Below are positions 1 to 8,726 of a stretch of DNA of 53,639 bases, one piece after another (the stretch's first letter is position 1; every line of letters begins with the position of its first letter). The DNA lies in IMG/VR virus record IMGVR_UViG_3300025723_000054, positions 1-53,639 of that record; one strand, written 5' to 3'. Position numbers and translations under genes: made by a program. The notes beneath the pieces were generated by a model that saw nothing but the letters and a program-made list of their open reading frames with translations, made no database searches and was not told the DNA's origin. This DNA is from a virus (lineage: Duplodnaviria > Caudoviricetes).

Positions 1-44
1 TTCTGTTGTAAATATTGGAGTAAATTACATAATAAACTATAGTT

Positions 45-368
45 ATGATAGATAAGAAAGAATACGTTTTATGCGCCGCAATATGGTATAAGGAATTACC
101 ATTAAAGGAGAATTATCAATTCGAAAACAGACCAATAAATTGTGATAAAGGTTATGTTAGTTGTGGGTTTAGGCATAACAATTGCATGTGGTCAATGACA
201 TCACTTACGGGGTTAAGAAGTGTTTTACCAGAAGTTGGTGAATACGAACAAGGCTTCCTAACGTCTAAAAATAGATTTGTTAATCGGGGAGAAGGGGCTA
301 TTATTGCTTTTGAAGCTGGTCAGATTAGTGAAAACAAGAAAACTTTATATTCAGACGACATATACTAA
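45..368 (+). CDS. hypothetical phage protein
   Basis: 107 aa ORF; stop overlaps the next start (TAATG). Confidence 0.7.
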   Translation: MIDKKEYVLCAAIWYKELPLKENYQFENRPINCDKGYVSCGFRHNNCMWSMTSLTGLRSVLPEVGEYEQGFLTSKNRFVNRGEGAIIAFEAGQISENKKTLYSDDIY

Positions 369-1372
369 TGGAAAAGAAATTTAAAAATGGTTTAGTGTTA
401 GGTAAACTTTACCCATTTCATAGTGGCCATAAATACCTTATAGATAGCGCATTAGAACAATGTGAAGTTGTCCATGTAATGGTTTGCTCATTAAAATGTG
501 AAACCATTGATGGTAAATTAAGGTATGAATGGGTTAGAGATACATATAAGGATAATCCTAATGTTGATGTAATTCATTGTACTGATGAAAACCCTCAACA
601 CCCACCAGAGTGTGCCAGCGTTGACGAGTTCTATAACAACTATTGGGTTCCAAGTGTATATCGTTGTATTAAAGAGCTTGATGTAGTTTTTACATCTGAG
701 GAATATGGTGATGAATTTGCTAAATACTTAGGTGTAAAGCATGTATTAGTCGATAAAGAAAGAAAAACATATCCAGTATCAGGAACGGCGGTAAGAACTA
801 ATCCGTTTGATAATTGGGATTTAATTGATAACAATGTAAAAAAATACTTTATGAAAAAGGTTGTAATTATGGGACCTGAATCTGTTGGTAAATCAACGAT
901 GATTAAGAAACTGGCAGAACATTTCAATACAAACTATATTGAGGAGTTTGGTAGAACATATACTGAACTTACAGGCACTGATAATCTTCAAATTTTTGAT
1001 TTTGAAGCGATTGCGCATTGGCATAATCAACATATTGAAAAAGCTGAACCTTGTAAGCTTCTTTTTATTGATACTGAAGCGATAACAACCAAGATATTTG
1101 GTGACATGTACCTTGGTGAATGTGAATCAAAGTATATCAATGAGATAATCAATAAACAGAAATTTGATTTATGTTTAGTTTTGAATGTTGATGTTCCTTG
1201 GGTTGATGATGGTACAAGAGACTTTCCAGAAGGTCGTGAGGAACATTTGGCAACAATTATACACGAACTTGATGTAAGGGGCCGTGAATATGTCTTAATT
1301 ACTGGGGATAATTATGAAGAAAGATTTCAAAAAGCATTGAAAGAAGTGGAGAAGTTGGGATATTTATTATAA
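368..1372 (+). CDS. nadR: NadR-like bifunctional NMN adenylyltransferase / ribosylnicotinamide kinase
   Basis: N-terminal GKLYPFHSGH (HxGH) nucleotidyltransferase motif; C-terminal GPESVGKST P-loop, EFGR, DT, and WVDDGTR motifs; no HTH domain. Confidence 0.9.
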   Translation: MEKKFKNGLVLGKLYPFHSGHKYLIDSALEQCEVVHVMVCSLKCETIDGKLRYEWVRDTYKDNPNVDVIHCTDENPQHPPECASVDEFYNNYWVPSVYRCIKELDVVFTSEEYGDEFAKYLGVKHVLVDKERKTYPVSGTAVRTNPFDNWDLIDNNVKKYFMKKVVIMGPESVGKSTMIKKLAEHFNTNYIEEFGRTYTELTGTDNLQIFDFEAIAHWHNQHIEKAEPCKLLFIDTEAITTKIFGDMYLGECESKYINEIINKQKFDLCLVLNVDVPWVDDGTRDFPEGREEHLATIIHELDVRGREYVLITGDNYEERFQKALKEVEKLGYLL

Positions 1373-1378
1373 AATATC

Positions 1379-2815
1379 TTGATGGAATCAAATATAAGAC
1401 TAGTTTTAAGGGAAGGTCTTGATAAGACAATAAAGTGTAAAGAATGCGGATGGCATTGGAAGCAATCTGAATCTACTAAGGAAGAAATGTATAAGTGTCA
1501 TAAATGTGGGCATGATAATACACCAAAGTTAAACGAAAACATACAACAAGCGGATAAGTTATACTTTAATACTGGTGTATTATCACCAGAAGTTCGTGAA
1601 ATAATTTTAAGTATAACACATGGGGATAATTATACAAGGTTAGTTGCCGATTTATGGTACTATTTTACTAAAGGAAGAGAAAAACCTAATAATTACGATG
1701 GTGAGATAAGAATAATGAAAAGATTTTACAATGAATTAATTAATTATGATAAAAACTTATTCCCTGTAAAATATAATTTAGTTGATTATGGTGAAACTCA
1801 ATCTAATGATAAGCATATTATTACATTATATGCGATATTAATGGAGCGTGAACAGTTAGTTAAAGAATACCGAAAATTACCTTCAATAGCCGCAAGAAAT
1901 TTAAAACGTATAACTAAAATTGTTGGTGAACGTGAGTATATTTTTAAAGAATTAGATGAAAAATTGACTCAATTAAATGCAATTCTAAAAACCATTCCTA
2001 ATACTGAGAAGGGCCAGCAAGTATTAAATAAAATCTTTGCTAGTAATAACACACTTAATCAAATGATTGAGGTTGGTGAACATTTCCAACATGCATTTAA
2101 TATGATGAGTGATGGTGAAGATAAAGACGATTTAATTGAAGCAATTCAATATCTTGATGCTGAAATTATAGAAGATAGCAATAATATTTTAGTTGTTAAA
2201 GTTAATGACGCTGATTCAATGCAAAGAATTGGTACAATGTCAATGTGGTGTTTTGCAAGACCAAACTCATATAGTTATTGGGAACAATATGCGCCACACG
2301 GTTATGTTTATGTTGTATTTGATTTTCATCAAGATAGTGATGACGCTAAATTTATGATGGTAATTTTACCAGATACTGATGAAGTTTATGCATCAACAAA
2401 TGTTCCACTAGAAAGCATCGGTATTGAAAACCCATTTGGTTATCTAAAGCATATTGGTGTTGATATATCATTATTAGACCATAACCCGAATGATTATGAT
2501 TATCAAGAACCTCAAAGCGATAGACCATACGTTGACCCTAATCAATTATCATTATTTGAATCATTAAAGAAAAAAGTAATAAGTGAAGCGTTTGATGATA
2601 CCGATTTGTATATCAAAGACAAAGTTATTAAGGGGTTTCATTTAATGCCGTTTAATGGTGGTTTTAGTAATTCATATACAACAACAAATAACCAAGTTTC
2701 TGATAAACTTATTCAACAAATGAATGCTTGGATTAAAAAAGCCTTCCCAGCTTCACCAATTTTTGTAAAAAGGGAAGCAATGTATAATAAAATTCAATTT
2801 TTTAAGCGAGGTTAA
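1379..2815 (+). CDS. hypothetical protein with N-terminal Zn ribbon, possibly virion-associated
   Basis: CKECG...CHKCG; preceded by ATATTTATT motif at 1360; IRLVLRE-type N-terminus. Confidence 0.6.
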   Translation: MMESNIRLVLREGLDKTIKCKECGWHWKQSESTKEEMYKCHKCGHDNTPKLNENIQQADKLYFNTGVLSPEVREIILSITHGDNYTRLVADLWYYFTKGREKPNNYDGEIRIMKRFYNELINYDKNLFPVKYNLVDYGETQSNDKHIITLYAILMEREQLVKEYRKLPSIAARNLKRITKIVGEREYIFKELDEKLTQLNAILKTIPNTEKGQQVLNKIFASNNTLNQMIEVGEHFQHAFNMMSDGEDKDDLIEAIQYLDAEIIEDSNNILVVKVNDADSMQRIGTMSMWCFARPNSYSYWEQYAPHGYVYVVFDFHQDSDDAKFMMVILPDTDEVYASTNVPLESIGIENPFGYLKHIGVDISLLDHNPNDYDYQEPQSDRPYVDPNQLSLFESLKKKVISEAFDDTDLYIKDKVIKGFHLMPFNGGFSNSYTTTNNQVSDKLIQQMNAWIKKAFPASPIFVKREAMYNKIQFFKRG

Positions 2816-2838
2816 AGATTTTTCCGTATATTTGCAAA

Positions 2839-3273
2839 ATGAAACAGTTGATTAAGGAAAAACTTAGGGAAGAATTATTGAATGAGAGTAGGCTCCCATT
2901 CAGTATGGACTTACCTGCCGATATACTTCAAATCAAGGATGTATTTAAAAATAATAAGTACGACCTTTTTGTTGTTGGTGGTGCGGTACGTGATGCTGTA
3001 TTGGGTAAAAAGCCAAAAGATTTTGACTTAGCTACTGATGCGGTACCCGATGTGGTTGAACGTATAATGCAAGCTGCTGGTTTTAGAACTCTTGGAACTG
3101 GTAAGTCATTTGGCGTTATCAACGTCTTTACTGAAACTGGTGAATATGAAATAGCAACATTTAGGTCAGATAACTTTATAACTAAGGAACCATCATTAGA
3201 AGATTTTAAAGAATATTTAAAGTCAGTAAATTATGACAGGTTTGAGCAATTTCAAAACTATTTAATGAAATAG
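2839..3273 (+). CDS. cca: CCA-adding tRNA nucleotidyltransferase, N-terminal piece
   Basis: VGGAVRD, KDFDLAT, GKSFGV and EIATFRSD class II nucleotidyltransferase motifs; ends before the RRD motif. Confidence 0.9.
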   Translation: MKQLIKEKLREELLNESRLPFSMDLPADILQIKDVFKNNKYDLFVVGGAVRDAVLGKKPKDFDLATDAVPDVVERIMQAAGFRTLGTGKSFGVINVFTETGEYEIATFRSDNFITKEPSLEDFKEYLKSVNYDRFEQFQNYLMK

Positions 3274-3308
3274 CGACTTTTAGAGTAATTCATAATATTT
3301 ATTATTAA

Positions 3309-4031
3309 ATGGATATTATGAATGAATCTAAATTTTATGTTTATGCTTATTTGGACCCAAGAAAAAGTGGTAATTTTATTTATGGGGAATATGTTTTTGA
3401 TTTTGAACCTTTTTATATTGGTAAAGGTTATAAGAATAGATGTAATGAGCATCTACGAGAATCTTCATTGAAAGAATCGTCTTTTAAAAATAATAAAATT
3501 AAAAAAATATTATCGCTAGGTTTAGCACCAATTATATTAAAAATTAGTGTAAATATTTTTGAACATGACGCTTTTGATTTAGAAAAAAAATTAATAAGGA
3601 TAATAGGTCGATATGATTTAGGTTGTGGTCCACTTACAAATCTAACTGATGGTGGTGACGGTATAACAGGATTAATAAAAAGTACAGAACATAGACACAA
3701 TTTAAGTGTTAGTAGTTTAGGTAAAAAAATGTCTAAAGAAGCTAGAAAAAAAATTAGTGATTCTTTGATAGGTAAAGTTGGTCGAAATACTGGAAATAAA
3801 CATACTAACGCAACAAAAAAACAAATATCTGAAACTAAAAAAGGTACTTTAAGTTGGAATGCCACACCAGTAATTCAATTAACAAAGGATGGTGATTTTA
3901 TTAAAGAATGGGTTAGTGCAAGTGCTGCGGCTAAAGAATTAAAGTTAAGTCAAGGTAATATCTGGTCAGTGATTAATGGTAATAGAAATAAATGTGGAGG
4001 TTTTAAATGGAAATTAGCAATGAGTATTTAG
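3309..4031 (+). CDS. GIY-YIG-family homing endonuclease with NUMOD3/NUMOD1-type DNA-binding repeats
   Basis: YVYAYLDP...FYIGKG...R, LTNLTDGGDG, KKISDS/KQISET repeats, C-terminal WVSASAAAKEL...GFKW. Confidence 0.85.
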   Translation: MDIMNESKFYVYAYLDPRKSGNFIYGEYVFDFEPFYIGKGYKNRCNEHLRESSLKESSFKNNKIKKILSLGLAPIILKISVNIFEHDAFDLEKKLIRIIGRYDLGCGPLTNLTDGGDGITGLIKSTEHRHNLSVSSLGKKMSKEARKKISDSLIGKVGRNTGNKHTNATKKQISETKKGTLSWNATPVIQLTKDGDFIKEWVSASAAAKELKLSQGNIWSVINGNRNKCGGFKWKLAMSI

Positions 4032-4318
4032 AAAAATGCATAATTTGGAATAAACTTAGATTTTATGGTGATATTAATATCCATAGAAATAATATTATAA
4101 ATTTTTATGCTAATCGTAATTTAATCAATGGTGAAATAAATGCTCAAATAGCACTTAACACTTTTAAAAATTTAACTGAATTAAATGAAAATTTAATTAA
4201 CTTAATACCCAATTTTAGTTTGAGGTACCTTTATAATCGTTTAGCAATTTGTATAATTGAAGAAGATTATATTAAGGCTGAAGAATTTAAAAATAAAATT
4301 TTTAATTTTAAAAAATAA
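4007..4318 (+). CDS. hypothetical protein inside the split cca locus
   Basis: 103 aa very AT-rich ORF; C-terminal EEDYIKAEEFKN resembles a UVR-type motif. Confidence 0.5.
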   Translation: MEISNEYLEKCIIWNKLRFYGDINIHRNNIINFYANRNLINGEINAQIALNTFKNLTELNENLINLIPNFSLRYLYNRLAICIIEEDYIKAEEFKNKIFNFKK

Positions 4319-4320
4319 TT

Positions 4321-5220
4321 ATGAAACATTGGATTGAAATAGCAAGAGAATTTTTTCCTAATGAATTTGATACATATATTAGAAGTCTTTCTACTGGAGA
4401 CGGTAGAAGGCCAGATTCTGTTTCATTTACCAACATTGAAACTGATGTTAAGCGTAGGGACTTAACTATTAACGCTTTATTCTACGATATTGATAAACAT
4501 CAAATTGTTGATTTGGTTAACGGTGTCTCTGACTTAAAAAAGGGTATTGTAAGAACTGTTGGTCACCCAGTTGATAGATTTAATGAGGATAAGCTAAGAA
4601 TACTTAGAGCAATTAGGTTTGCCGCTAGATTTGGTTCTGATTTGGATGCCGATATTGACGCAGCATTAAAGAGGGATGCCAGTCTTGGTGAAGTTTCTGG
4701 TGAGAGAATTAGGGATGAATTTATCAAGGGGATTAAATCAGCTAAATCTGTAAAGCATTTTCTTGAGTTATTGGATAGATACCAATTGTTCAACTTTATC
4801 TTTAAAGGTTTACATGTAAATAAAGAGTTCTTAGATGATAAGAACGTTATTTTACAATTAGCTGTGTTGTTGAAGGGTAATTCAAGTGCCGCTATTAATA
4901 AGGGGTTAAATAATTTGAAATATCCAGTTAACGAGATAAAGGCTGTTATATTTCTCTTGAATTTATTACACTTAAGCGTTGATAATGCAGTAGCGTTAAA
5001 GCGACAAGAAAAGAATGCGCCAATATCTAGGCATCAAATTATAGCTTTTGCCAACAGGGAGAAGTTAGATAACAAGTTAATCAATGCATTTTTGAACTTT
5101 GAGTTAAGTGTGTCGGGTGAGGAAGTTATGCAGCAATTCAATCTTAAGCCAAGTAAAGAGCTTGGTGATACAATTGATAGATTAGAAAAAGAGAACTTCT
5201 TGAAGTTATTAAATGCGTAA
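4321..5220 (+). CDS. cca: CCA-adding tRNA nucleotidyltransferase, C-terminal piece
   Basis: DGRRP, DVKRRDLTINAL, RFNEDKLRILRAIRFAARF and VSGERIRDE motifs. Confidence 0.9.
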   Translation: MKHWIEIAREFFPNEFDTYIRSLSTGDGRRPDSVSFTNIETDVKRRDLTINALFYDIDKHQIVDLVNGVSDLKKGIVRTVGHPVDRFNEDKLRILRAIRFAARFGSDLDADIDAALKRDASLGEVSGERIRDEFIKGIKSAKSVKHFLELLDRYQLFNFIFKGLHVNKEFLDDKNVILQLAVLLKGNSSAAINKGLNNLKYPVNEIKAVIFLLNLLHLSVDNAVALKRQEKNAPISRHQIIAFANREKLDNKLINAFLNFELSVSGEEVMQQFNLKPSKELGDTIDRLEKENFLKLLNA

Positions 5221-5459
5221 CTATGGATAAACTAAAAAAGCATGTTATCAGGCTCAAGGCTGCAACTAAAAGCACTCATTGGGTAGATAACATGCATTTT
5301 AAGCACAGGCTTGTAATAAGCGTATATCATGCGCTTAAAGAGGTTGACTTAATAAAGCAAAAGCTCATAACACCAATTACACTGGAAGAATTTTTGGATA
5401 AATTATAAATAATATTTAATCTATCGAATTTTGTTATATATTTATAATAAAATTTATAT

Positions 5460-5822
5460 ATGGCTAAGTATTTAGTAATTTTTTCTGACAATCATAATGA
5501 TGAATTTGATGTGAATGGGTTTAGATTGATGACCGAAAGAGAAGTTGAGAGCTTTGAAGAAATCGCAAATAGTATTACCTTCAATTTTGATTATCATGCA
5601 AATACCGAATGTTTATCATACGCTAACGGTGAAGATTTTTTATCCAGAATTGAAATTAAATTAATTAGTAATGAAGAATACCAATCATTAAAGAAATTAT
5701 TTGATGGTCAATTTGGTATCTTTATTGGTGAAGAATATCTAAAAACTGTATTAGATGGTGATGATGATTCGAGTGATTATGGTGATGATACAGAAGATGA
5801 GGATGAAGATGAAGATTGGTAA
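5460..5822 (+). CDS. hypothetical protein with acidic tail
   Basis: 120 aa ORF, D/E-rich C-terminus, ATATTTATA motif upstream. Confidence 0.65.
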   Translation: MAKYLVIFSDNHNDEFDVNGFRLMTEREVESFEEIANSITFNFDYHANTECLSYANGEDFLSRIEIKLISNEEYQSLKKLFDGQFGIFIGEEYLKTVLDGDDDSSDYGDDTEDEDEDEDW

Positions 5823-5836
5823 TTAAATAATTTAAA

Positions 5837-6163
5837 ATGAGTAGATTAGTTCATTGTAATAATGAACCATACGATGTTTATATTGGCCGTCCTAGTATTT
5901 GGGGGAATCCTTTTACACATATTTCAGACAAGGAAACATTAGCTGAGCATGTAGTCAGTAATAGGGCCGAGGCTTTAGAAAAATACCGTGAATATATAAC
6001 TAACAACCAAGAATTAATGTCCAAAATTTTAGAATTGGATAATAAGGTTCTTGGTTGTTTTTGTATAACAGATGGTTCGTTTCCAATACCTTATGTTTGT
6101 CATGGGCAAATACTAATTGAATTATTAAATAAAGCTAAATTTAAAATTCTGATGAAAAAATAG
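5837..6163 (+). CDS. DUF4326-like protein
   Basis: DVYIGRPSIWGNPF, LGCFC and CHG motifs. Confidence 0.8.
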   Translation: MSRLVHCNNEPYDVYIGRPSIWGNPFTHISDKETLAEHVVSNRAEALEKYREYITNNQELMSKILELDNKVLGCFCITDGSFPIPYVCHGQILIELLNKAKFKILMKK

Positions 6164-6198
6164 TTGCAAGTTCTTTATTTAGTTGGTATATTTGCATT

Positions 6199-6267
6199 AT
6201 GAGTAAACAAAAAGAATTTTTTATACCAGATAATAAGAAGATTATTGGTGTAGATTTTGATGAATAA
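6199..6267 (+). pseudogene. orphaned 5' fragment of the HAD phosphatase gene (MSKQKEFFIPDNKKIIGVDFDE*)
   Basis: Follows a TATATTTG promoter and matches the N-terminus of ORF 7039 (ENKKIISCDFDG). Confidence 0.75.
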
Positions 6268-6312
6268 CTCTAAAAATTAGACTTTTTTTAAATTTACTGA
6301 TATTTATATATT

Positions 6313-7029
6313 ATGAAAGTAATATATGCAATTTTAAATAAAGTAACTAATTATAGGTATATTGGTTCCGCTATAAATTTCTATGATAGAAAAAGAAGAC
6401 ATTTAAGTCAATTAAGAAAAAAAGAACATCATTCAATTTTATTACAACGAGCTTGGGATAAATATGGTGAAGATAATTTTGAATTTATTATTTTAGAAAA
6501 TGTTGAAACTAAAGAATTATTAATACCTAGAGAACAATGGTGGTTAGATAATACGCCTAATGAATATAATATCTGTAAAATAGCTGGTAATTCATTAGGT
6601 GTAAAACGTAGAGCTGAAACTAAAGAAAGAGTTAGACTAGCTAATTTAGGTTTAAAACATCCAGAATGGCGAAACAATATTAAAAGTGAAGCTCAGGGTG
6701 GTGAAAATCATTGGCAATATGGTAAAAAAATGCCAAATCATGTAAAAGATAAAAAATCAAAGTCTATGAAGATATGGTGTGAAAACCATGTTTCACATAG
6801 GAAAGGTGTTAGGAATTCTGATGAGGCTATATTAGAAATGCGAAAAAAGTTAATGATACCAATAATACAGTTAGATTTAGATAATAATTTTATTAAAGAA
6901 TGGGAATCAGCTAAGACTGCATCTAATGAATTAAAAATTTGGGCTAGTAATATAGCCGCTTGTTTGAAAAAAAAGAAAAATAAAGCAGGTAATTTTAAAT
7001 GGGTTTATAAAACTGAATATTATGAATAA
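6313..7029 (+). CDS. GIY-YIG homing endonuclease (Seg-like)
   Basis: VIYAILN...YIGSA...R...H, LQRAWDKYG, EQWW, YNI; NUMOD-type C-terminus. Confidence 0.9.
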   Translation: MKVIYAILNKVTNYRYIGSAINFYDRKRRHLSQLRKKEHHSILLQRAWDKYGEDNFEFIILENVETKELLIPREQWWLDNTPNEYNICKIAGNSLGVKRRAETKERVRLANLGLKHPEWRNNIKSEAQGGENHWQYGKKMPNHVKDKKSKSMKIWCENHVSHRKGVRNSDEAILEMRKKLMIPIIQLDLDNNFIKEWESAKTASNELKIWASNIAACLKKKKNKAGNFKWVYKTEYYE

Positions 7030-7038
7030 AGAATTTTT

Positions 7039-7425
7039 TTGGCTGAGAATAAGAAAATTATATCGTGTGATTTTGATGGAACTCTTGCCACCAAATCATA
7101 TCCTGAATGTGGTGAATTAATTGAACATGCAAAAGAAGCGGTAAATGCTTTGTACGATGCTGGGCATTACATAATAATTTGGACTTGTAGGATGGATGAA
7201 TCGTTAGATTTATGTCGTGAATTTTTGGCTAAGCATGGTATTAAACATCATATAGTAAATGAACATCATCCAGAAATGATTAGACACTATGGTAATAATA
7301 CAAGAAAAATATCAGCCGATATTTACATTGATGATAAACAAGTTGGTGGACTACCGCCATGGTCTGAAATCATGAAAATTTTGAAGGAACAACATGACAT
7401 AGAACATGATTTCAAAGTTTCTTAA
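7039..7425 (+). CDS. HAD-superfamily phosphatase
   Basis: DFDGT, IIWTCR and KISADIYIDDK motifs; start uncertain (see findings). Confidence 0.85.
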   Translation: MAENKKIISCDFDGTLATKSYPECGELIEHAKEAVNALYDAGHYIIIWTCRMDESLDLCREFLAKHGIKHHIVNEHHPEMIRHYGNNTRKISADIYIDDKQVGGLPPWSEIMKILKEQHDIEHDFKVS

Positions 7426-7481
7426 AAAAAAGTTGCATAGTTAAAAAATAGTTCGTATATTTGCACTCTTAATAAAACAAT

Positions 7482-7934
7482 ATGATAACAGTTAGTTTAG
7501 CGAAAGCTTTGAAGTTAAAGAATAAAGCGGTTGAAGATTATAACACAGCAACAAGCGAAGTTATGTTTAACAACTCTAAGGATGTTGATGAAACAAAAAT
7601 CCTTGATGCTAAAGAAAGGTACGAAGATGTGAAAACATTGATGGGTTCATTGATTGAGTTAAAAACAAAAATTCATGAAGCGTCAGCACCGATAAGGTCT
7701 AAGATATTTGAATTAGGGGAGTTGAAGAATTTGTTGTCTAGGGTAAAAAGCCTTAACACTAAATCTGGTGTTGTTAAAGAAAATCAATATGGTTCTGGCT
7801 TGGTAACAAGAACTTTTGAAGCGGCAATTTCTGAGGCAGATAAAAAAGCTGAGATTACAAGAATTGAAGCGTTAATCGTTAGCATTCAAGATGCTATTGA
7901 CGATTTCAATACAAATACAACGATTGAAATCTAA
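7482..7934 (+). CDS. helical coiled-coil protein resembling the DIP1984 family
   Basis: SLAKALKLK N-terminus and IQDAIDDFNTNTTIEI C-terminus; family recognised from memory only. Confidence 0.55.
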   Translation: MITVSLAKALKLKNKAVEDYNTATSEVMFNNSKDVDETKILDAKERYEDVKTLMGSLIELKTKIHEASAPIRSKIFELGELKNLLSRVKSLNTKSGVVKENQYGSGLVTRTFEAAISEADKKAEITRIEALIVSIQDAIDDFNTNTTIEI

Positions 7935-7941
7935 AAATAAT

Positions 7942-8133
7942 TAACACATCATTACGGATTTTTTGTTATTTTTTGATACCTTATTAGAGAAATCTAATGA
8001 CATATACTGGCGATATTGATATTGTATTCAAAATTCAAGATTCAATCTTATCAATCTTCAATAGTCAAGGTTCAAAATTCCACAACAATTTAAAAACTTT
8101 CAGAACTTACTTAAATGAAGTTTTGGTGTGTTA
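7942..8133 (+). ncRNA. putative structured RNA with about 7-nt TCAA repeats
   Basis: Ends AACACATCA/TGGTGTGTT can pair; TCAA at 8028, 8035, 8042, 8051, 8058, 8065, 8072. Confidence 0.5.
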
Positions 8134-8136
8134 TAT

Positions 8137-8230
8137 ACAGGGGTAGCTCAGTTGAAGAGCGATGGGTTTAGTATAATTAGAACAGTTTACTAAACCCCAT
8201 AGGTCGAGATTTCGTTAATCTCCCCCTGTG
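8137..8230 (+). ncRNA. tRNA-like RNA with elongated anticodon hairpin
   Basis: Acceptor ACAGGGG/CCCCTGT; D arm GCTC/GAGC; T arm GAGAT/ATCTC; anticodon arm extended by TTTAGTA/TACTAAA with a 14-nt loop. Confidence 0.7.
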
Positions 8231-8581
8231 CAAAAAAAAATAAATTTGGTAGATTAAAAATAACTTTGTATATTTGCATTCTATTAAAAAGTTCTTTAAA
8301 ATATTTTACTTATTAGGTTCCTATTTAATCGAGAAATAGGTTTGGATAGTATCATGACGGAGCAAGGGGTAAGTACGAATAAATTTTTAAATTTGAAAAA
8401 GCTTAGGTCCAATCGGCTATAGCGGTATGTGAGGGAAGTGAGATTGGAAAATCCTCCACATTTAAATTGATAGTGAAATATATATCAGCCTCTATATCAA
8501 ATTTATTTTTTTTAAGACTTTACACTTTTTAAAAAAGTGATATATTTATAATTAACGGGGAAACCCATAAACAAAAAGATA

Positions 8582-8659
8582 ATGATACAAGTAAACAACA
8601 TATTTGATTTTAACATTGAAGCAGCTGAGGCCGATTTTGGTACCCAGAGGTTAAGGTAA
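8582..8659 (+). CDS. putative attenuator leader peptide MIQVNNIFDFNIEAAEADFGTQRLR
   Basis: 25 codons after an A-rich initiation region, downstream of ATATTTATA (8542) and immediately upstream of a terminator. Confidence 0.75.
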   Translation: MIQVNNIFDFNIEAAEADFGTQRLR

Positions 8660-8687
8660 TGTCGTTACTTGTAAGAGAGATTAAACG

Positions 8688-8719
8688 AAGCCCTTAACCC
8701 AAAAAGTTAAGGGTTTTTT
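8688..8719 (+). terminator. intrinsic terminator (attenuator) upstream of the tRNA array
   Basis: AAGCCCTTAAC-CCAAAAA-GTTAAGGGTTT followed by a T run; its 5' arm CCTTAACC is also complementary to GGTTAAGG at 8649-8656. Confidence 0.85.
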
Positions 8720-8726
8720 ATTTCAC

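Noticed and set aside
3170-4390. Group I intron or split intein in cca
   Set aside because: The interval is nearly all ORF with no recognisable intron core, and the tails lack intein terminal residues. Not fully excluded without RT-PCR.
8027-8083. CRISPR array
   Set aside because: The unit is only about 7 nt with no spacers, and no cas genes are present.
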